DNA from: Vicinamibacteria bacterium
GTDB taxonomy: Bacteria; Acidobacteriota; Vicinamibacteria; Vicinamibacterales; UBA8438
Assembly: GCA_022821235.1 (NCBI GenBank)
Contig: JAJEEA010000337.1
Location: 308 to 64,307, forward strand
Direction: 5' to 3'
Length of the DNA stretch: 64,000 nucleotides
Shown piece after piece: positions 1-9,627 of this stretch (the first letter of the stretch is position 1; each line of letters begins with the position of its first letter). Both the position numbers and the translations under genes were made by a program. The notes under the pieces are model-generated. The model ran no database searches. It worked only from the letters and a program-made list of their open reading frames with translations, and was not told the origin of the DNA.

Positions 1-266
1 AACCCGATGTGGTTGATGCCCGTTCCCAGGCTGCCGCCGCTCGTCGGCTGGGGCACGAACACGAGCTCCACGCCCCCGCAGGTCGCGGCGTCGTCGCGGT
101 CGGCCACCGGCTCGCACCCCATGTACTCCGAGTACCAGTCCACGCCCATGGCCGGGCTGGGCGCCGTGATATGGACATGATGGTAGTCGGCGGCCAAGGC
201 GGCGGTGGGCGCCAGCGCCAGCGCGGCGGCGACGATGGTTGCGAGAGCGGTCTGCTTGCGTTCCAT
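1..266 (-). CDS. VOC/glyoxalase-fold protein, N-terminal part only (gene runs off the window start)
   Basis: Minus-strand ATG at 264-266 gives MERKQTALATIVAAALALAPTAALAADYHHVHITAPSPAMGVDWYSEYMGCEPV...GTGINHIG. It has a signal peptide and HHVH/NHIG(F) VOC-type motifs. It is absent from the ORF track because no stop lies inside the window. Confidence 0.5.
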   Translation of the reverse strand, partial: MERKQTALATIVAAALALAPTAALAADYHHVHITAPSPAMGVDWYSEYMGCEPVADRDDAATCGGVELVFVPQPTSGGSLGTGINHIG

Positions 267-371
267 GGCGCCCGTGCTCCTCTCCGCGTGTTGGGGGCTG
301 ATCCGGCGGCGGCGTTCGCCCCCCGGTATCGGTGGCAGGGTAGCACAGTACCGATCGTGTAGGATGCGGAG

Positions 372-2810
372 TTGTCGATCGCTACGTGGGCTGCTTTTCG
401 GCGCGCAACTCCCCGCGCGGCGCTGGTGCTGCTCCTGCTGCCACTTTCCCCGACCGGGGGCGTTCTTGCGCAGGCGCAGGATGATCGCTCGCAGGCCTCT
501 CCCGCGGCGGAAGGGCCCCGACCGGGCCAGGTTGCGCCGGGCGCCCTGACTGCCACCGCAATCGATCCCGCGCTCGCCGCGGCCATCGACGGGCCCCCGC
601 CGCCGGTCGGGCCGGCGGTGATGAACCGGGACGCGGACGGGCGGACGACGGTCCGCGCCATCCGGCTCGCGACTGGCATCCGGCTGGACGGGGTGCTCGA
701 CGAGGAGGTGTACGGCGCGGTCCCGCCGATCACGGACTTCCTGCAACAGGTGCCGGTGGAGGGCGCGCCCGCGACCGAGCGGACCGAAGCCTGGATCATG
801 TTCGACGGGGAGAACGTGTACGTGTCGGCGCGCGTGCACGACTCGGCGCCCGAGAGCGAATGGGTCGCCAACGAGATGCGGCGCGATACCAACCAGTTGC
901 GGCAGAACGACACGTTCACGGTCTTCTTCGACACGTTCTACGACCGCCGCAACGGCTTCAACTTCTACACGAACCCGCTCGGCGCGCGAGCGGACCAGCA
1001 GTTCACGAACGAAGGCAATCCCAACGGCGACTGGAACCCCGTGTGGGACGTGCGCACGGGACGTTTCGACGGCGGCTGGACGGCGGAGATGGAGATACCG
1101 TTCAAGACGCTCCGCTACCGCGGCGGGGGCGCCCAGCTCTGGGGCGTGCAGTTGCGCCGCGGCGTGCGCCGCAAGAACGAGTGGACGTACCTGACGCGGA
1201 TCCCGATCTCGGCCGGCGGCGGGCGCGGAGCGGCCGGCATCTTCCGCGTCTCGGCGGGTGCGACGCTGGTGGGCATCGAGCCTCCGGAAGCCAGCCGGCT
1301 GGTCGAGATCAAGCCGTACGCCATCGGCGGCGTGACGACCGACCGGCACTCCATTCCCATCCAGGAGAACGACGGCAGCGGCGCATTCGGCGCCGACGTG
1401 AAGATGGGCATCACGGAGAACCTGACGGCAGACTTCACCTACAACACGGACTTCGCCCAGGTCGAGGTGGACGAGCAGCAGGTCAACCTGACCCGCTTCA
1501 GCCTCTTCTTTCCGGAGAAGCGGGAGTTCTTCCTCGAGGGCCGGGGCATCTTCGGGTTCGCGCGCGGCGGGGTGGGCGCCGGCAGCCCCGGCGAGCCGAG
1601 CGACGCGCCGACGCTGTTCTACAGCCGGCGGATTGGCCTGGAGGGCGACCCCAACAACGTGCAGGTGGTGGTGCCGATCCACGGCGGCGCGCGGATGACG
1701 GGCAAGGCGGGCGCCTTCGACGTCGGCGCGCTCAGCATCCAGACGGAAGAATCGCCCGAGGCAGGTACGGCGTCGACGAACTTCACGGTGCTGCGTCTGC
1801 GGCGGGACATCCTGCGGCGCAGCAGCGTGGGGGGCATCTTCACCAACCGGTCCGTATCGCAGGTCGGGCCGGGCTCCAGCCAGGCGTACGGCGTGGACGG
1901 CACGTTCTCCTTCTTCGAGAACCTCGACTTCGTGACCTACTACGCGCGCACCCGGACGCCGCTGGCCGACGGCCGGGACGCCAGCTACCAGGGCCGCTTC
2001 GACTACGGCGGCGACCGCTACGGCCTGACCGTCAACCACATCGCGGTCGAGGAGAACTTCCTGCCGGAGATCGGCTTCATGACGCGCGACAACTACCGCC
2101 GCACCAACGTGTCCGGCCGTTTCAGCCCGCGACCGCAGGGCAGCGCGCTGGTGCGCCGCTATGCGCTCGAAGCCGGCGTCGACTACTTCACCACCGCCGA
2201 CCGGGGTTTCGTCGAGACGCGCGAGCGGACCGTGGACTTCTCGACGGAGTTCCACAACAGCGACCAGTTCGAGGTGAGCCTGACCAACTCGTACGAGCTG
2301 CTGCAGGAGCCGTTCCGGATCTCGAAGGACGTGGTGCTGCCGGTCGGCGGCTACGGCTTCACGGCGGGCACGGTCTCCTACACGCTGGGCGGGCAGCACC
2401 GCGCCAGCGGCGGGCTGGCGTTCACGGCCGGCACCTTCTGGAGCGGCGACATCCGCACGCTGGAGTACCGCCAGGGCCGCATCAACGTGTCGAACCAGTT
2501 TTCCGTGGAGCCGACCATCTCGTTCAACGACATCGACCTGCCGGAGGGCGACTTCAATACCACGCTGGTCAGCACCCGCTTCAACTTCGCGTTCAACCCG
2601 CGCATGTTCTTCAGCGGACTGGTGCAGTACAACTCGAGCAACGACCGCTGGAGCAACAATCTCCGGCTGCGGTGGGAATACAGCCCGGGCAGCGAGCTGT
2701 TCGTGGTATACACCGAGGAGCGCGACGTCGGCGGGCTGAGGCCGATCCGTGTCGACGGCCTGCGCAACCGCGGCTTCGTCGTCAAGCTGAACCGCCTGTT
2801 CCGCTTATAG
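372..2810 (+). CDS. secreted CBM9-like / DUF5916 family protein
   Basis: 812 aa with an N-terminal signal (LLLLPLSPTGGVLAQAQD). The stretch IRLDGVLDEEVYGAVPPITDF..EAWIMFDGENVYVSARVHD..NDTFTVFFDTFYDRRNGFNFYTNPLGARADQ..WNPVWDV..GGWTAEMEIPFKTLRY matches the CBM9+DUF5916 pattern as I remember it. The start is TTG at 372, so the exact start is uncertain. Confidence 0.75.
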   Translation: MSIATWAAFRRATPRAALVLLLLPLSPTGGVLAQAQDDRSQASPAAEGPRPGQVAPGALTATAIDPALAAAIDGPPPPVGPAVMNRDADGRTTVRAIRLATGIRLDGVLDEEVYGAVPPITDFLQQVPVEGAPATERTEAWIMFDGENVYVSARVHDSAPESEWVANEMRRDTNQLRQNDTFTVFFDTFYDRRNGFNFYTNPLGARADQQFTNEGNPNGDWNPVWDVRTGRFDGGWTAEMEIPFKTLRYRGGGAQLWGVQLRRGVRRKNEWTYLTRIPISAGGGRGAAGIFRVSAGATLVGIEPPEASRLVEIKPYAIGGVTTDRHSIPIQENDGSGAFGADVKMGITENLTADFTYNTDFAQVEVDEQQVNLTRFSLFFPEKREFFLEGRGIFGFARGGVGAGSPGEPSDAPTLFYSRRIGLEGDPNNVQVVVPIHGGARMTGKAGAFDVGALSIQTEESPEAGTASTNFTVLRLRRDILRRSSVGGIFTNRSVSQVGPGSSQAYGVDGTFSFFENLDFVTYYARTRTPLADGRDASYQGRFDYGGDRYGLTVNHIAVEENFLPEIGFMTRDNYRRTNVSGRFSPRPQGSALVRRYALEAGVDYFTTADRGFVETRERTVDFSTEFHNSDQFEVSLTNSYELLQEPFRISKDVVLPVGGYGFTAGTVSYTLGGQHRASGGLAFTAGTFWSGDIRTLEYRQGRINVSNQFSVEPTISFNDIDLPEGDFNTTLVSTRFNFAFNPRMFFSGLVQYNSSNDRWSNNLRLRWEYSPGSELFVVYTEERDVGGLRPIRVDGLRNRGFVVKLNRLFRL

Positions 2811-2822
2811 CGGGGGAAGAAG

Positions 2823-3704
2823 ATGCTGACAAGCACGACATGGTTTCGTCTCGGTTTACTGGTGGGTCTGCCGGCCGTGTTGCTCACCGTCGCAACGCGC
2901 GCGCAGCGGGGCGACGTCGACTGGGATGCGGTGGAGATCGCCGCGCACCACGTGCGCGGGACCGTGCACTACGTGTCGGGACGCGGCGGCCACGTCGGCC
3001 TCTCCGTGGGCGACGACGGCGTCATCATGGTCGACGACCAGTTCGCCCCGCTGACCGATCGCATCCTGGCGGCGATCCGCGGCATCTCGAACGGCGACAT
3101 CCGCTTCCTCATCAACATCCACGTCCACGGCGACCACGTGGGCGGCAACGAGAACCTCGGCCGCATGGGCATTCTCATCCTGGCCCAGGACCGCGTGCGC
3201 CTGCGGCTGGCGGAGACCATGCCGGAGGTGGCGCTGCCGGCCTTCACCTACAGCGAGGACGTGACGATCCACCTGAACGGCGAGGAGGTGCACATCTTCC
3301 CCGTGCCCGCCTCGCACACGGACGGCGACAGCGTCATCCACTTCCGGGGCTCCGACGTGATGGTGGTCGGCGACGTGTTCCGCACGGTCGCGTTCCCGGT
3401 GATCGACCGCAACAACGGCGGGAGCCTGCCCGGCACCATCGAGACGCTGGGCATCATCGCCGGCCGCGCCGGCCCAGATACGCTCATCCTGCCCGGCCAC
3501 GGCGAGGTCTCGACGCGCGAGGACGTCATGGAGTTTCGCGACATGGTTATCGACGTCTCCGGCCGCGTGGCGGAGCTGGTGGAGCAGGGGATGACCTACG
3601 AGCAGGTAGCGGCCGCCGGGACCACCGCGTCGTACGAGGGCAAGTGGGGCGACCCCACCCGCTTCCTGACCGCGGTGTACGCGGAGCTGAGCGGGGCGGA
3701 CTAA
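2823..3704 (+). CDS. MBL-fold metallo-hydrolase (secreted)
   Basis: Contains the H-x-H-x-D-H motif NIHVHGDHVGGN, a later HTDGD and GHG, a signal peptide, and an SD-like GGGGGAAG upstream. Confidence 0.85.
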   Translation: MLTSTTWFRLGLLVGLPAVLLTVATRAQRGDVDWDAVEIAAHHVRGTVHYVSGRGGHVGLSVGDDGVIMVDDQFAPLTDRILAAIRGISNGDIRFLINIHVHGDHVGGNENLGRMGILILAQDRVRLRLAETMPEVALPAFTYSEDVTIHLNGEEVHIFPVPASHTDGDSVIHFRGSDVMVVGDVFRTVAFPVIDRNNGGSLPGTIETLGIIAGRAGPDTLILPGHGEVSTREDVMEFRDMVIDVSGRVAELVEQGMTYEQVAAAGTTASYEGKWGDPTRFLTAVYAELSGAD

Positions 3705-3728
3705 GCATCGTCGGCGCGATTCGAGTCC

Positions 3729-4802
3729 ATGGGGCGCGCAAGCACAGCCGCGGCGGGCTGCGTCGCCGTGGCGCTCGTGGCAACGGCCCCTGCGGCGCGG
3801 CCGCGGGCGCAAGAGGCAGAGCCGGCGCCCACCTTCGAGCGCGACGTTTCCTGGCCGAAGCCGCTGCCCGACAACTGGCGCCTCGGCATCGTCTGGGCCG
3901 TTGCGGTCGACAGCCGCGACCACGTCTGGGTGCTGCACGCGGCCGACCGCTATCTCGAAGAAATTGCCGACGCCGGCAAGCTTCCGGCGCCGCCGGTGGT
4001 CGAATTCGACCCCGAAGGCAATCTGGTGCAGGCCTGGGGCGGCCGCGATCAGGGCCGGCCGTGGGTGTACAGCATGGAGCCCCACCCCTCCGTCGGCGAG
4101 CACGGCCTGCACGTCGACCACCGCGACAACGTCTGGGTAACCGGCGGCGGGCACCTGGCGCTCAAGTTCACGCGCGCCGGCGAGTTCCTGCTCCAGATCG
4201 GCCGCCTGAACCGCACCGCAGGGAGCAACCACACGCAATACCTGGGGAATCCGTCCGGCGTGGACGTCGATCCGGAGACCAACGAGGTCTACATTGCGGA
4301 CGGCTACCTCAACAAGCGCGTGATCGTGTTCGACGGCGATACCGGTGAGTACGTGCGGCACTGGGGCCGCTACGGCGCGCCGCCGGACGATGCATTCGAA
4401 GCCGGGGAGCGGTTTCCGCGCTTCGGTCATGCCGCGCAGCTATCCGCCGACGGCCTGGTCTACGTCTCCGACCGTGAGCACGGCAGCATCCACGTGCACC
4501 GGCGCGACGGCAGCTTCGTGACCGAGGTCGAGGTGCCGGTGAAGGTGAATTCCGTGGCGTTCTCCGCCGATCCCGGCCAACGCTATCTCTACGCGGGCGG
4601 CATGCGCACAGGCGCCAACGGCCGCTACGACCTGGAGGTGGACGGACGGATCGTGATCCTCCGCCGCAGCGACCTGCAGGTGCTGGGTTCCTTCGAAAGT
4701 GCCGGCCAGCACTTCTTCGACGTCGATTCCCGGGGCAACATCTACACCTGCGGCCGCTTCATGCCCGAGAAGTTCGTCCCGGTCGTGCCGCCGCCCCGCT
4801 AG
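3729..4802 (+). CDS. NHL-repeat / peptidyl-hydroxyglycine-lyase-like beta-propeller protein (secreted)
   Basis: Signal peptide plus repeated propeller-blade motifs (VAVDSRDHVWVL, LHVDHRDNVWVTG, GVDVDPETNEVYIADGYLNKRVIVFD, LSADGLVYVSDREHGSIHV, FDVDSRGNIYT). Confidence 0.65.
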   Translation: MGRASTAAAGCVAVALVATAPAARPRAQEAEPAPTFERDVSWPKPLPDNWRLGIVWAVAVDSRDHVWVLHAADRYLEEIADAGKLPAPPVVEFDPEGNLVQAWGGRDQGRPWVYSMEPHPSVGEHGLHVDHRDNVWVTGGGHLALKFTRAGEFLLQIGRLNRTAGSNHTQYLGNPSGVDVDPETNEVYIADGYLNKRVIVFDGDTGEYVRHWGRYGAPPDDAFEAGERFPRFGHAAQLSADGLVYVSDREHGSIHVHRRDGSFVTEVEVPVKVNSVAFSADPGQRYLYAGGMRTGANGRYDLEVDGRIVILRRSDLQVLGSFESAGQHFFDVDSRGNIYTCGRFMPEKFVPVVPPPR

Positions 4803-4873
4803 GCGGGGGCAACGCGCCAGAGTGTGTGCTACGATTGCGTACACCATCGTATCCACTACAGAAGGCGGTCCAG

Positions 4874-5161
4874 ATGCGATTCGTGAGCGTTCGCGAGCTG
4901 CGGGCTCGTTCGGCGGCCGTGTGGAAGACCCTGGCGCAGGAGAAGGAGCTTGTCGTCACGTCCAACGGCAAGCCGATCGCACTGCTGTCCGCGACGTCGG
5001 AAGAGCGGCTCGAAGAATCGCTGGACGCTGTGCGCCGCGCCCGCGCCCAGGCGGCCGTCGCGGCGATTCAGGACGCTTCCCTGCAGTCCGGGACTCACCG
5101 GATAACGCTGGACAGGATCAACGCTGAAATCGACGCCGTCCGCCGAGACCGCGCCAGATGA
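4874..5161 (+). CDS. type II antitoxin, Phd/YefM-like
   Basis: MRFVSVRELRARSAAVWKTLAQEKELVVTSNGKPIALLSA...; the stop overlaps the PIN start (ATGA at 5158-5161). I chose the internal ATG at 4874 of ORF 4826..5161. Confidence 0.7.
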   Translation: MRFVSVRELRARSAAVWKTLAQEKELVVTSNGKPIALLSATSEERLEESLDAVRRARAQAAVAAIQDASLQSGTHRITLDRINAEIDAVRRDRAR

Positions 5162-5583
5162 ACGTCGTGCTCGACACGAACGTCCTGGTGTCTGGTCTCA
5201 TCACTCCGTTCGGTCCGGCGGCGGATATCATGCGCTTGCTGGCGGCCGGCGCCATTCGGGCCTGCTACGACGCCCGCATACTGGGGGAGTACCGCGAGGT
5301 GCTCGCGCGCCTAGCGTTCGGATTCGCCGCTGAACGGATAGAGGCGCTGCTCGACCAAATCAGGGCCGACGGCCTGCTCGTCACGGCGCGGCCCCTGGCC
5401 ACGCACCTGCCCGACCCGGACGATGAGATGTTCCTGGCAGTCGCGCTCGCGGCAGGCGCAACCTGCCTCGTGACAGGCAATCTCCGCCATTTTCCCGAGG
5501 AGAGCCGGCAAGGCCTGTCCGTTGTATCCCCGCGGCGCTTTCTCGATGTGTACGGCGACGAGTTGGCGTCTTCCGGCGCGTGA
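5158..5583 (+). CDS. PIN-domain toxin
   Basis: MNVVLDTNVLVSGLITPFGP...DPDDEMFLAVALAAGATCLVTGNLRHF shows typical PIN acidic motifs and is translationally coupled to the upstream antitoxin. Confidence 0.8.
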   Translation: MNVVLDTNVLVSGLITPFGPAADIMRLLAAGAIRACYDARILGEYREVLARLAFGFAAERIEALLDQIRADGLLVTARPLATHLPDPDDEMFLAVALAAGATCLVTGNLRHFPEESRQGLSVVSPRRFLDVYGDELASSGA

Positions 5584-6304
5584 GCGTTGCCATACGACGC
5601 GGAAACGACCGGAACGAAGCGCGACCTCCGAACGTAGCTGCGACCTGCAGCACTTGTGGGAGTGCTGCTGTTAACGAGAGTGCTTGCGTCGGTTGCTCGT
5701 TGGTGTGTGATGCGGGGTGTGTAGTGACGATCGGCCGGCGCCGCCGAAATTCCGGGCTGCACGATGCGATTCGACGCGCCGTAGCTGAGTGGCATCAGCT
5801 CGGGTAAGGTTCCAGCGGTTCATCTTGCCCCAAAGAGCGTCAACGCGACACGACCACCTCGGCGCACTGTGCTTCAACCCGTTTGTTCCCGCACACGTCG
5901 GTGAAGAACGTTGAGCCGTTCCCCAATCCGTCTGTAGCGATCAACGGATTCTCGGTAGGACTCCATGTCCGCTCGGTAACGCCGATACGGATAATGCCCT
6001 TCGCTGCGGCTCTTGAGGCACATCTCAGATGACCCCGCCCGCTGGACGTGACGGTGCCGTCGTCGCGCAACCAGCCGAGCAAGGCCGAACTCAATGAGGA
6101 CGTGAACATGCGCGTAGCACTCGCCGCCGTGGTCGTCCTTATCCTCAGCGTTCCCACAGCTGCCCAGGACGAACGATGCGACGCCCGACCGCGGTGGCTG
6201 GTCGTGACGGTTGTGAGCGTAGCCTACTGTTGACACTCGGGACGATACCGATGACCTTGACCTGGGCTTTCGACGCGAACGCCACGAGTTCATCGACCGG
6301 TGTC

Positions 6305-6332
6305 TGATCGTCACCATATGATCGTCACCATA
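6305..6332. repeat. perfect 14-bp tandem duplication (TGATCGTCACCATA x2)
   Basis: Read directly: 6305-6318 is identical to 6319-6332. It lies in the decayed segment between the two TA modules. Confidence 0.9.
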
Positions 6333-6966
6333 GTCGAGAACGACGATCAGGAAGGTGCTCGATCCAGAATCACGTTGCCAGATGTGCTCGTGAACAACAT
6401 AAGAAATTACTACGTGAAGGAGTCCGTGCAGGAAATCTGCGCGGCCGTCAACGACTGCGCCGACGCTACCGACCAGGGCGGTCGGTAGCGTTTCTACCCG
6501 GAGACTTCAAACTGTACCACCACCCCCAACGGGAGTGGGAGAAATCGCTGGCTGTGCCGGCGTCGTCATCGGGCGGTGCACGAGTAGGGGTTCCGCGTCA
6601 CGCTGGACGTGGCGGGCGGCGTGGAGTTCGTGCGGCCGGCCGGCCGTTTCCGGCGGCTCCGCCGCAGCCGCCGTGGAGAGGTGCTCCGCCAGCACCCGTG
6701 ACGAATCGGATCGAACAGGAACGGGTCGAGATCGACGCGCAGACGGCCGCGCTGGCTTGGCGGGGTGAGCGGGTAGACATCGGCTGGACGGTCGGCCTGC
6801 TGTGGCGGCCGCGGTTGGATGCACCGCCAGATTGATGGCAAGGCGCGCGGATCCGACCCGGAACGCGAACACGCCGAAACCATCCGGAAGGAACCGACCT
6901 CAACTCGGATACCCCGACGACCCGCACGAATTCCCGAAGCGGCATATCATTGGAAGCGAGGCTGCG

Positions 6967-7182
6967 ATGCACAACGAATTCACAGCGGTACTTGAGCGGG
7001 ACGGCGATTGGTACATCGCGTACTCCCCCGAGATCCCTGGCGCCAACGGGCAAGGCAGGACGAAGGAGGAGGCCCGCCGAAGTCTCAGTGACGCCATCGC
7101 CATGATCCTCGCGGATCGCAGGGAAGACGGGCTGCGGGGCGTACCCGCCGGTGCGGAACGCGCGACGGTAACCGTGACGTGA
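6967..7182 (+). CDS. hicB: HicB-family antitoxin
   Basis: MHNEFTAVLERDGDWYIAYSPEIPGANGQGRTKEEARRSLSDAI is the HicB/UPF0150 N-terminal fold signature. I chose the internal ATG at 6967. It overlaps the hicA start. Confidence 0.8.
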   Translation: MHNEFTAVLERDGDWYIAYSPEIPGANGQGRTKEEARRSLSDAIAMILADRREDGLRGVPAGAERATVTVT

Positions 7183-7373
7183 AGCGCGGCGGCTTGCTGC
7201 GCCGTCTGCGCAGGTACGGCTGCACCCTGAAGCGTGAGGGTCGCGCTCATTCTCTCTGGACCAATCCCACCACCGGCGTCGTAGAGTCCATACCTCGTCA
7301 CGAGGAGATCCCCAATCTTCTTGTTCGCAAGATCTGTCGCAGGCTGTCTGTTCCGGAGCCCGGTCGAAGCTAA
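7179..7373 (+). CDS. hicA: HicA mRNA-interferase toxin
   Basis: 64 aa, LLRRLRRYGCTLKREGRAHSLWTNPTTGVVESIPRHEEIPNLLVRKICRRLSV. GTG start with a 4-nt overlap onto hicB. Confidence 0.85.
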   Translation: MKRGGLLRRLRRYGCTLKREGRAHSLWTNPTTGVVESIPRHEEIPNLLVRKICRRLSVPEPGRS

Positions 7374-7433
7374 CGGACGTCATTCCACGTGCATGGCGCG
7401 TACGGCGCGGTTTGATGCCGTAGCCCGTGTTTC

Positions 7434-9557
7434 TCACCGCCGCCGCACGGTTACCGGGATGCCGTTGAAGGAGGCGTTGCCGCTCAGCGTGTCCAGGAAG
7501 CGCTCGCTGGTGACGTCGTTGGCGCTCTCGCCGGCATGGTTGCTGGCGACGCGCAGTCGGACGCCGTCGCGGCCGTGGCCCCAGCCGTGGGGCAGGCTGA
7601 CAACGCCGGCCCGAACGCTGTCGGTTACCTCGACGGGCACGGTGACCGCGCCGGCCTTCGAGCGGAGCTCGGCCATGTCGCCGGTCGACAGTTGGCGCGC
7701 GGCGGCGTCTTCCGGGTGCAAGAGCAGCGTGCAGCGATGATCGCCGCGCAACAGCCGGGCGCTGTTGTGCAGCCAGGAGTTGTTGCTGCGCAACTGGCGT
7801 CTGCCAATCAGCGCCAGACGGCCGTTCGTTTCGCCGTCAGCCTCGGCCGGCAGGTGCTCGCGCGCTTCACGCACGAATTCCGCGGGGGCGGCGTCGATCT
7901 TGCCATCGCGTGTCGCAATGCGCTCGGCGATGCGGTCCGGCTGCAGCGGCCCCAGGTCGAGGCCGTGCGGGGCCTCCCGCAGCCGCGCGAGCGACAGCTT
8001 GTGCGGGCCCAGCCGCAGCAGCGGGTCGAGGATGCGTTCCGGCGTGAGCGCCTGGACGGCGCGGGAAACCGCGCGCCGCAGCGGGCGCGGCGCGAGGACG
8101 CGCCCCGCCAGCGCGCCCAGGATCTCCCAGTCGTGCCGCTGCTCCGGCGTCCGGGGCACGGCGGGCTCGACATACTTGGCCACGTTGCGGACCGCGAACA
8201 CGTTCAGCGCCAGGTCGTAGTGCCCGCGCGCCAGCGGCGGCGCGGGCGGCAGGACCACGTGCGCGTGGCGCGTCGTCTCGTTCAGGTACGGATCGATCGC
8301 GACCACGTGCTCGAGGTTGCCGAGCGCGCGATCGAGACGCGCCCCGTTCGGGGCCGACAGCACGGGATTCCCGGCGACGGTGATCATCGCGCGCGGGGAT
8401 CGCGGGCCGCCGGACTCGATCTCGTCCGCGAGCGCCGCGACCGGCAGCTCGCCGGTGAACTCCGGCAGCCGGCGGGCGCCGCCGCGCCAGCGGCCGAACG
8501 TGCCGCGCAGGCCGATCCGGGACAGGACGTCGATGGCGTCGACGGCAGGCGTCGTCAGCAGCAGTCCGCCTTCCGCGTCCATGCGGCCCGTCACCAGGTT
8601 GAGCGCCTGCAGCAGCCACACCGCCAGCGTGCCGTGGCGCTGCGTGCACAGTCCGACCCGGCCGTAGCCGGCCGCCCGTTCGGCGGCCGCGAAGTCCAGC
8701 GCCAGCCGGCGAATCGTCGGCGCCGCGACCCCGGTGCGCTGCGCGACCCGCTCGGGTGGCAGATCGCGGACCAGATCGGCAAGCGCGTCAAGGCCCTTGA
8801 CACGTCGTGCCAGCCGGCCGAGGCGCATCCGCTGCTCCTCGAAGATCACCTGCAGCCTCGCCGCGAGCAGCAGGGCGTCGGCGCCCGGCCGGATGGCGAG
8901 ATGCTCGCCGGCCGCGGCGGCGGTCTCCGTGCGCCGCGGGTCGACGACGACCACGCGTCCACCTCGCGTCCGGAGGTCGGCCAGCCGCCGCCGCATGTCC
9001 GGCGCGCTCATCAGGCTGCCGTTCGACGCCAGCGGATTCGCGCCGAAGACCAGGAAGAAGTCGGTCCGGTCGAGGTCGGGCACCGGAATCAGCGCGAAGT
9101 GCCCGAACATGCGCAGCGCGACCAGCATCTGCGGCAACTGGTCGGCGGAGCTGGCGGAGTAGATGTTTCGCGTCCGCAGTGCGCGCGTGAAGGGGAGCAG
9201 GTGCGTGATCAGCCCCAGGTTGTGGGCAACCGGATTGCCGTAGTAGACGCCGACGGCGTTGCGGCCGTGGCGCCGCCGCACGCGGACCAGTCCTTCCGCC
9301 GCGCGGTCGAGGGCCACCTCCCAGCCAACCCCGCGCCATGTGCGGCCATCGCGGATCAGCGGCGCGCGGATGCGGTCCGGGTCGTGATGCAGGTCGGCAA
9401 GCGCGGCCGCCTTCGGGCAGACGTAGCCGCGGCTGAACGGATCCTCCGGGTCTCCCCGGACCGCGTCGATGCGCTGTCCGTCGACCTCGACGAGGATGCC
9501 GCACATGGCCTCGCACAGCGGGCAGGTCGAGATGCGGGTCGTGCGTTGCGCGCTCAC
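7434..9557 (-). CDS. molybdopterin (MopB-family) oxidoreductase, formate-dehydrogenase-like
   Basis: N-terminal 4Fe-4S motif STCPLCEAMCGI...RGYVCPKAA, followed by MopB-like sequence through to ...FNGIPVTVRRR. I propose the GTG at 9557 (VSAQRTTRISTCPLC) rather than the ORF-track start at 9857. There is no in-frame TGA in this gene. Confidence 0.8.
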   Translation of the reverse strand: MSAQRTTRISTCPLCEAMCGILVEVDGQRIDAVRGDPEDPFSRGYVCPKAAALADLHHDPDRIRAPLIRDGRTWRGVGWEVALDRAAEGLVRVRRRHGRNAVGVYYGNPVAHNLGLITHLLPFTRALRTRNIYSASSADQLPQMLVALRMFGHFALIPVPDLDRTDFFLVFGANPLASNGSLMSAPDMRRRLADLRTRGGRVVVVDPRRTETAAAAGEHLAIRPGADALLLAARLQVIFEEQRMRLGRLARRVKGLDALADLVRDLPPERVAQRTGVAAPTIRRLALDFAAAERAAGYGRVGLCTQRHGTLAVWLLQALNLVTGRMDAEGGLLLTTPAVDAIDVLSRIGLRGTFGRWRGGARRLPEFTGELPVAALADEIESGGPRSPRAMITVAGNPVLSAPNGARLDRALGNLEHVVAIDPYLNETTRHAHVVLPPAPPLARGHYDLALNVFAVRNVAKYVEPAVPRTPEQRHDWEILGALAGRVLAPRPLRRAVSRAVQALTPERILDPLLRLGPHKLSLARLREAPHGLDLGPLQPDRIAERIATRDGKIDAAPAEFVREAREHLPAEADGETNGRLALIGRRQLRSNNSWLHNSARLLRGDHRCTLLLHPEDAAARQLSTGDMAELRSKAGAVTVPVEVTDSVRAGVVSLPHGWGHGRDGVRLRVASNHAGESANDVTSERFLDTLSGNASFNGIPVTVRRR

Positions 9558-9627
9558 TTGGAGATCCGCCGCCGGGAACGGTATCGTAGCCGTAGCCGGA
9601 TTCCAATCGCGGCACGGGGGGGAACGT

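Noticed and set aside
3712-3730. tRNA-like T-arm sequence (GATTCGAGTCC).
   Set aside because: The intergenic gap between the two CDSs (3705-3728) is only 24 nt, with no room for a cloverleaf and no matching acceptor or anticodon stems. I recognised no tRNA or rRNA anywhere in the window.
860-4348. Very long ORFs in the supplied track: 860..4348 (1162 aa), 36661..40893 (1410 aa), 18478..21381 (967 aa), 7536..10136 (866 aa), 40020..42635 N-terminal part, 58591..61200, 10709..13102, and others.
   Set aside because: Their translations are monotonous R/A/G/P-rich strings with no motifs. They overlap, in other frames or on the other strand, ORFs that have clear family signatures. These are typical shadow ORFs of a high-GC genome, where stop codons are rare.
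7434-9557. Selenocysteine in the formate-dehydrogenase-like molybdoenzyme next to the predicted selenoprotein.
   Set aside because: The reading frame is uninterrupted with no in-frame TGA. If it is an FdhA-type enzyme, it is the Cys or another variant.
9558-9627. The 70-bp divergent intergenic region between the molybdoenzyme and the selenoprotein gene, as a shared regulatory site.
   Set aside because: It is plausible by position, but I found no palindrome or recognisable operator apart from the G7 SD run.
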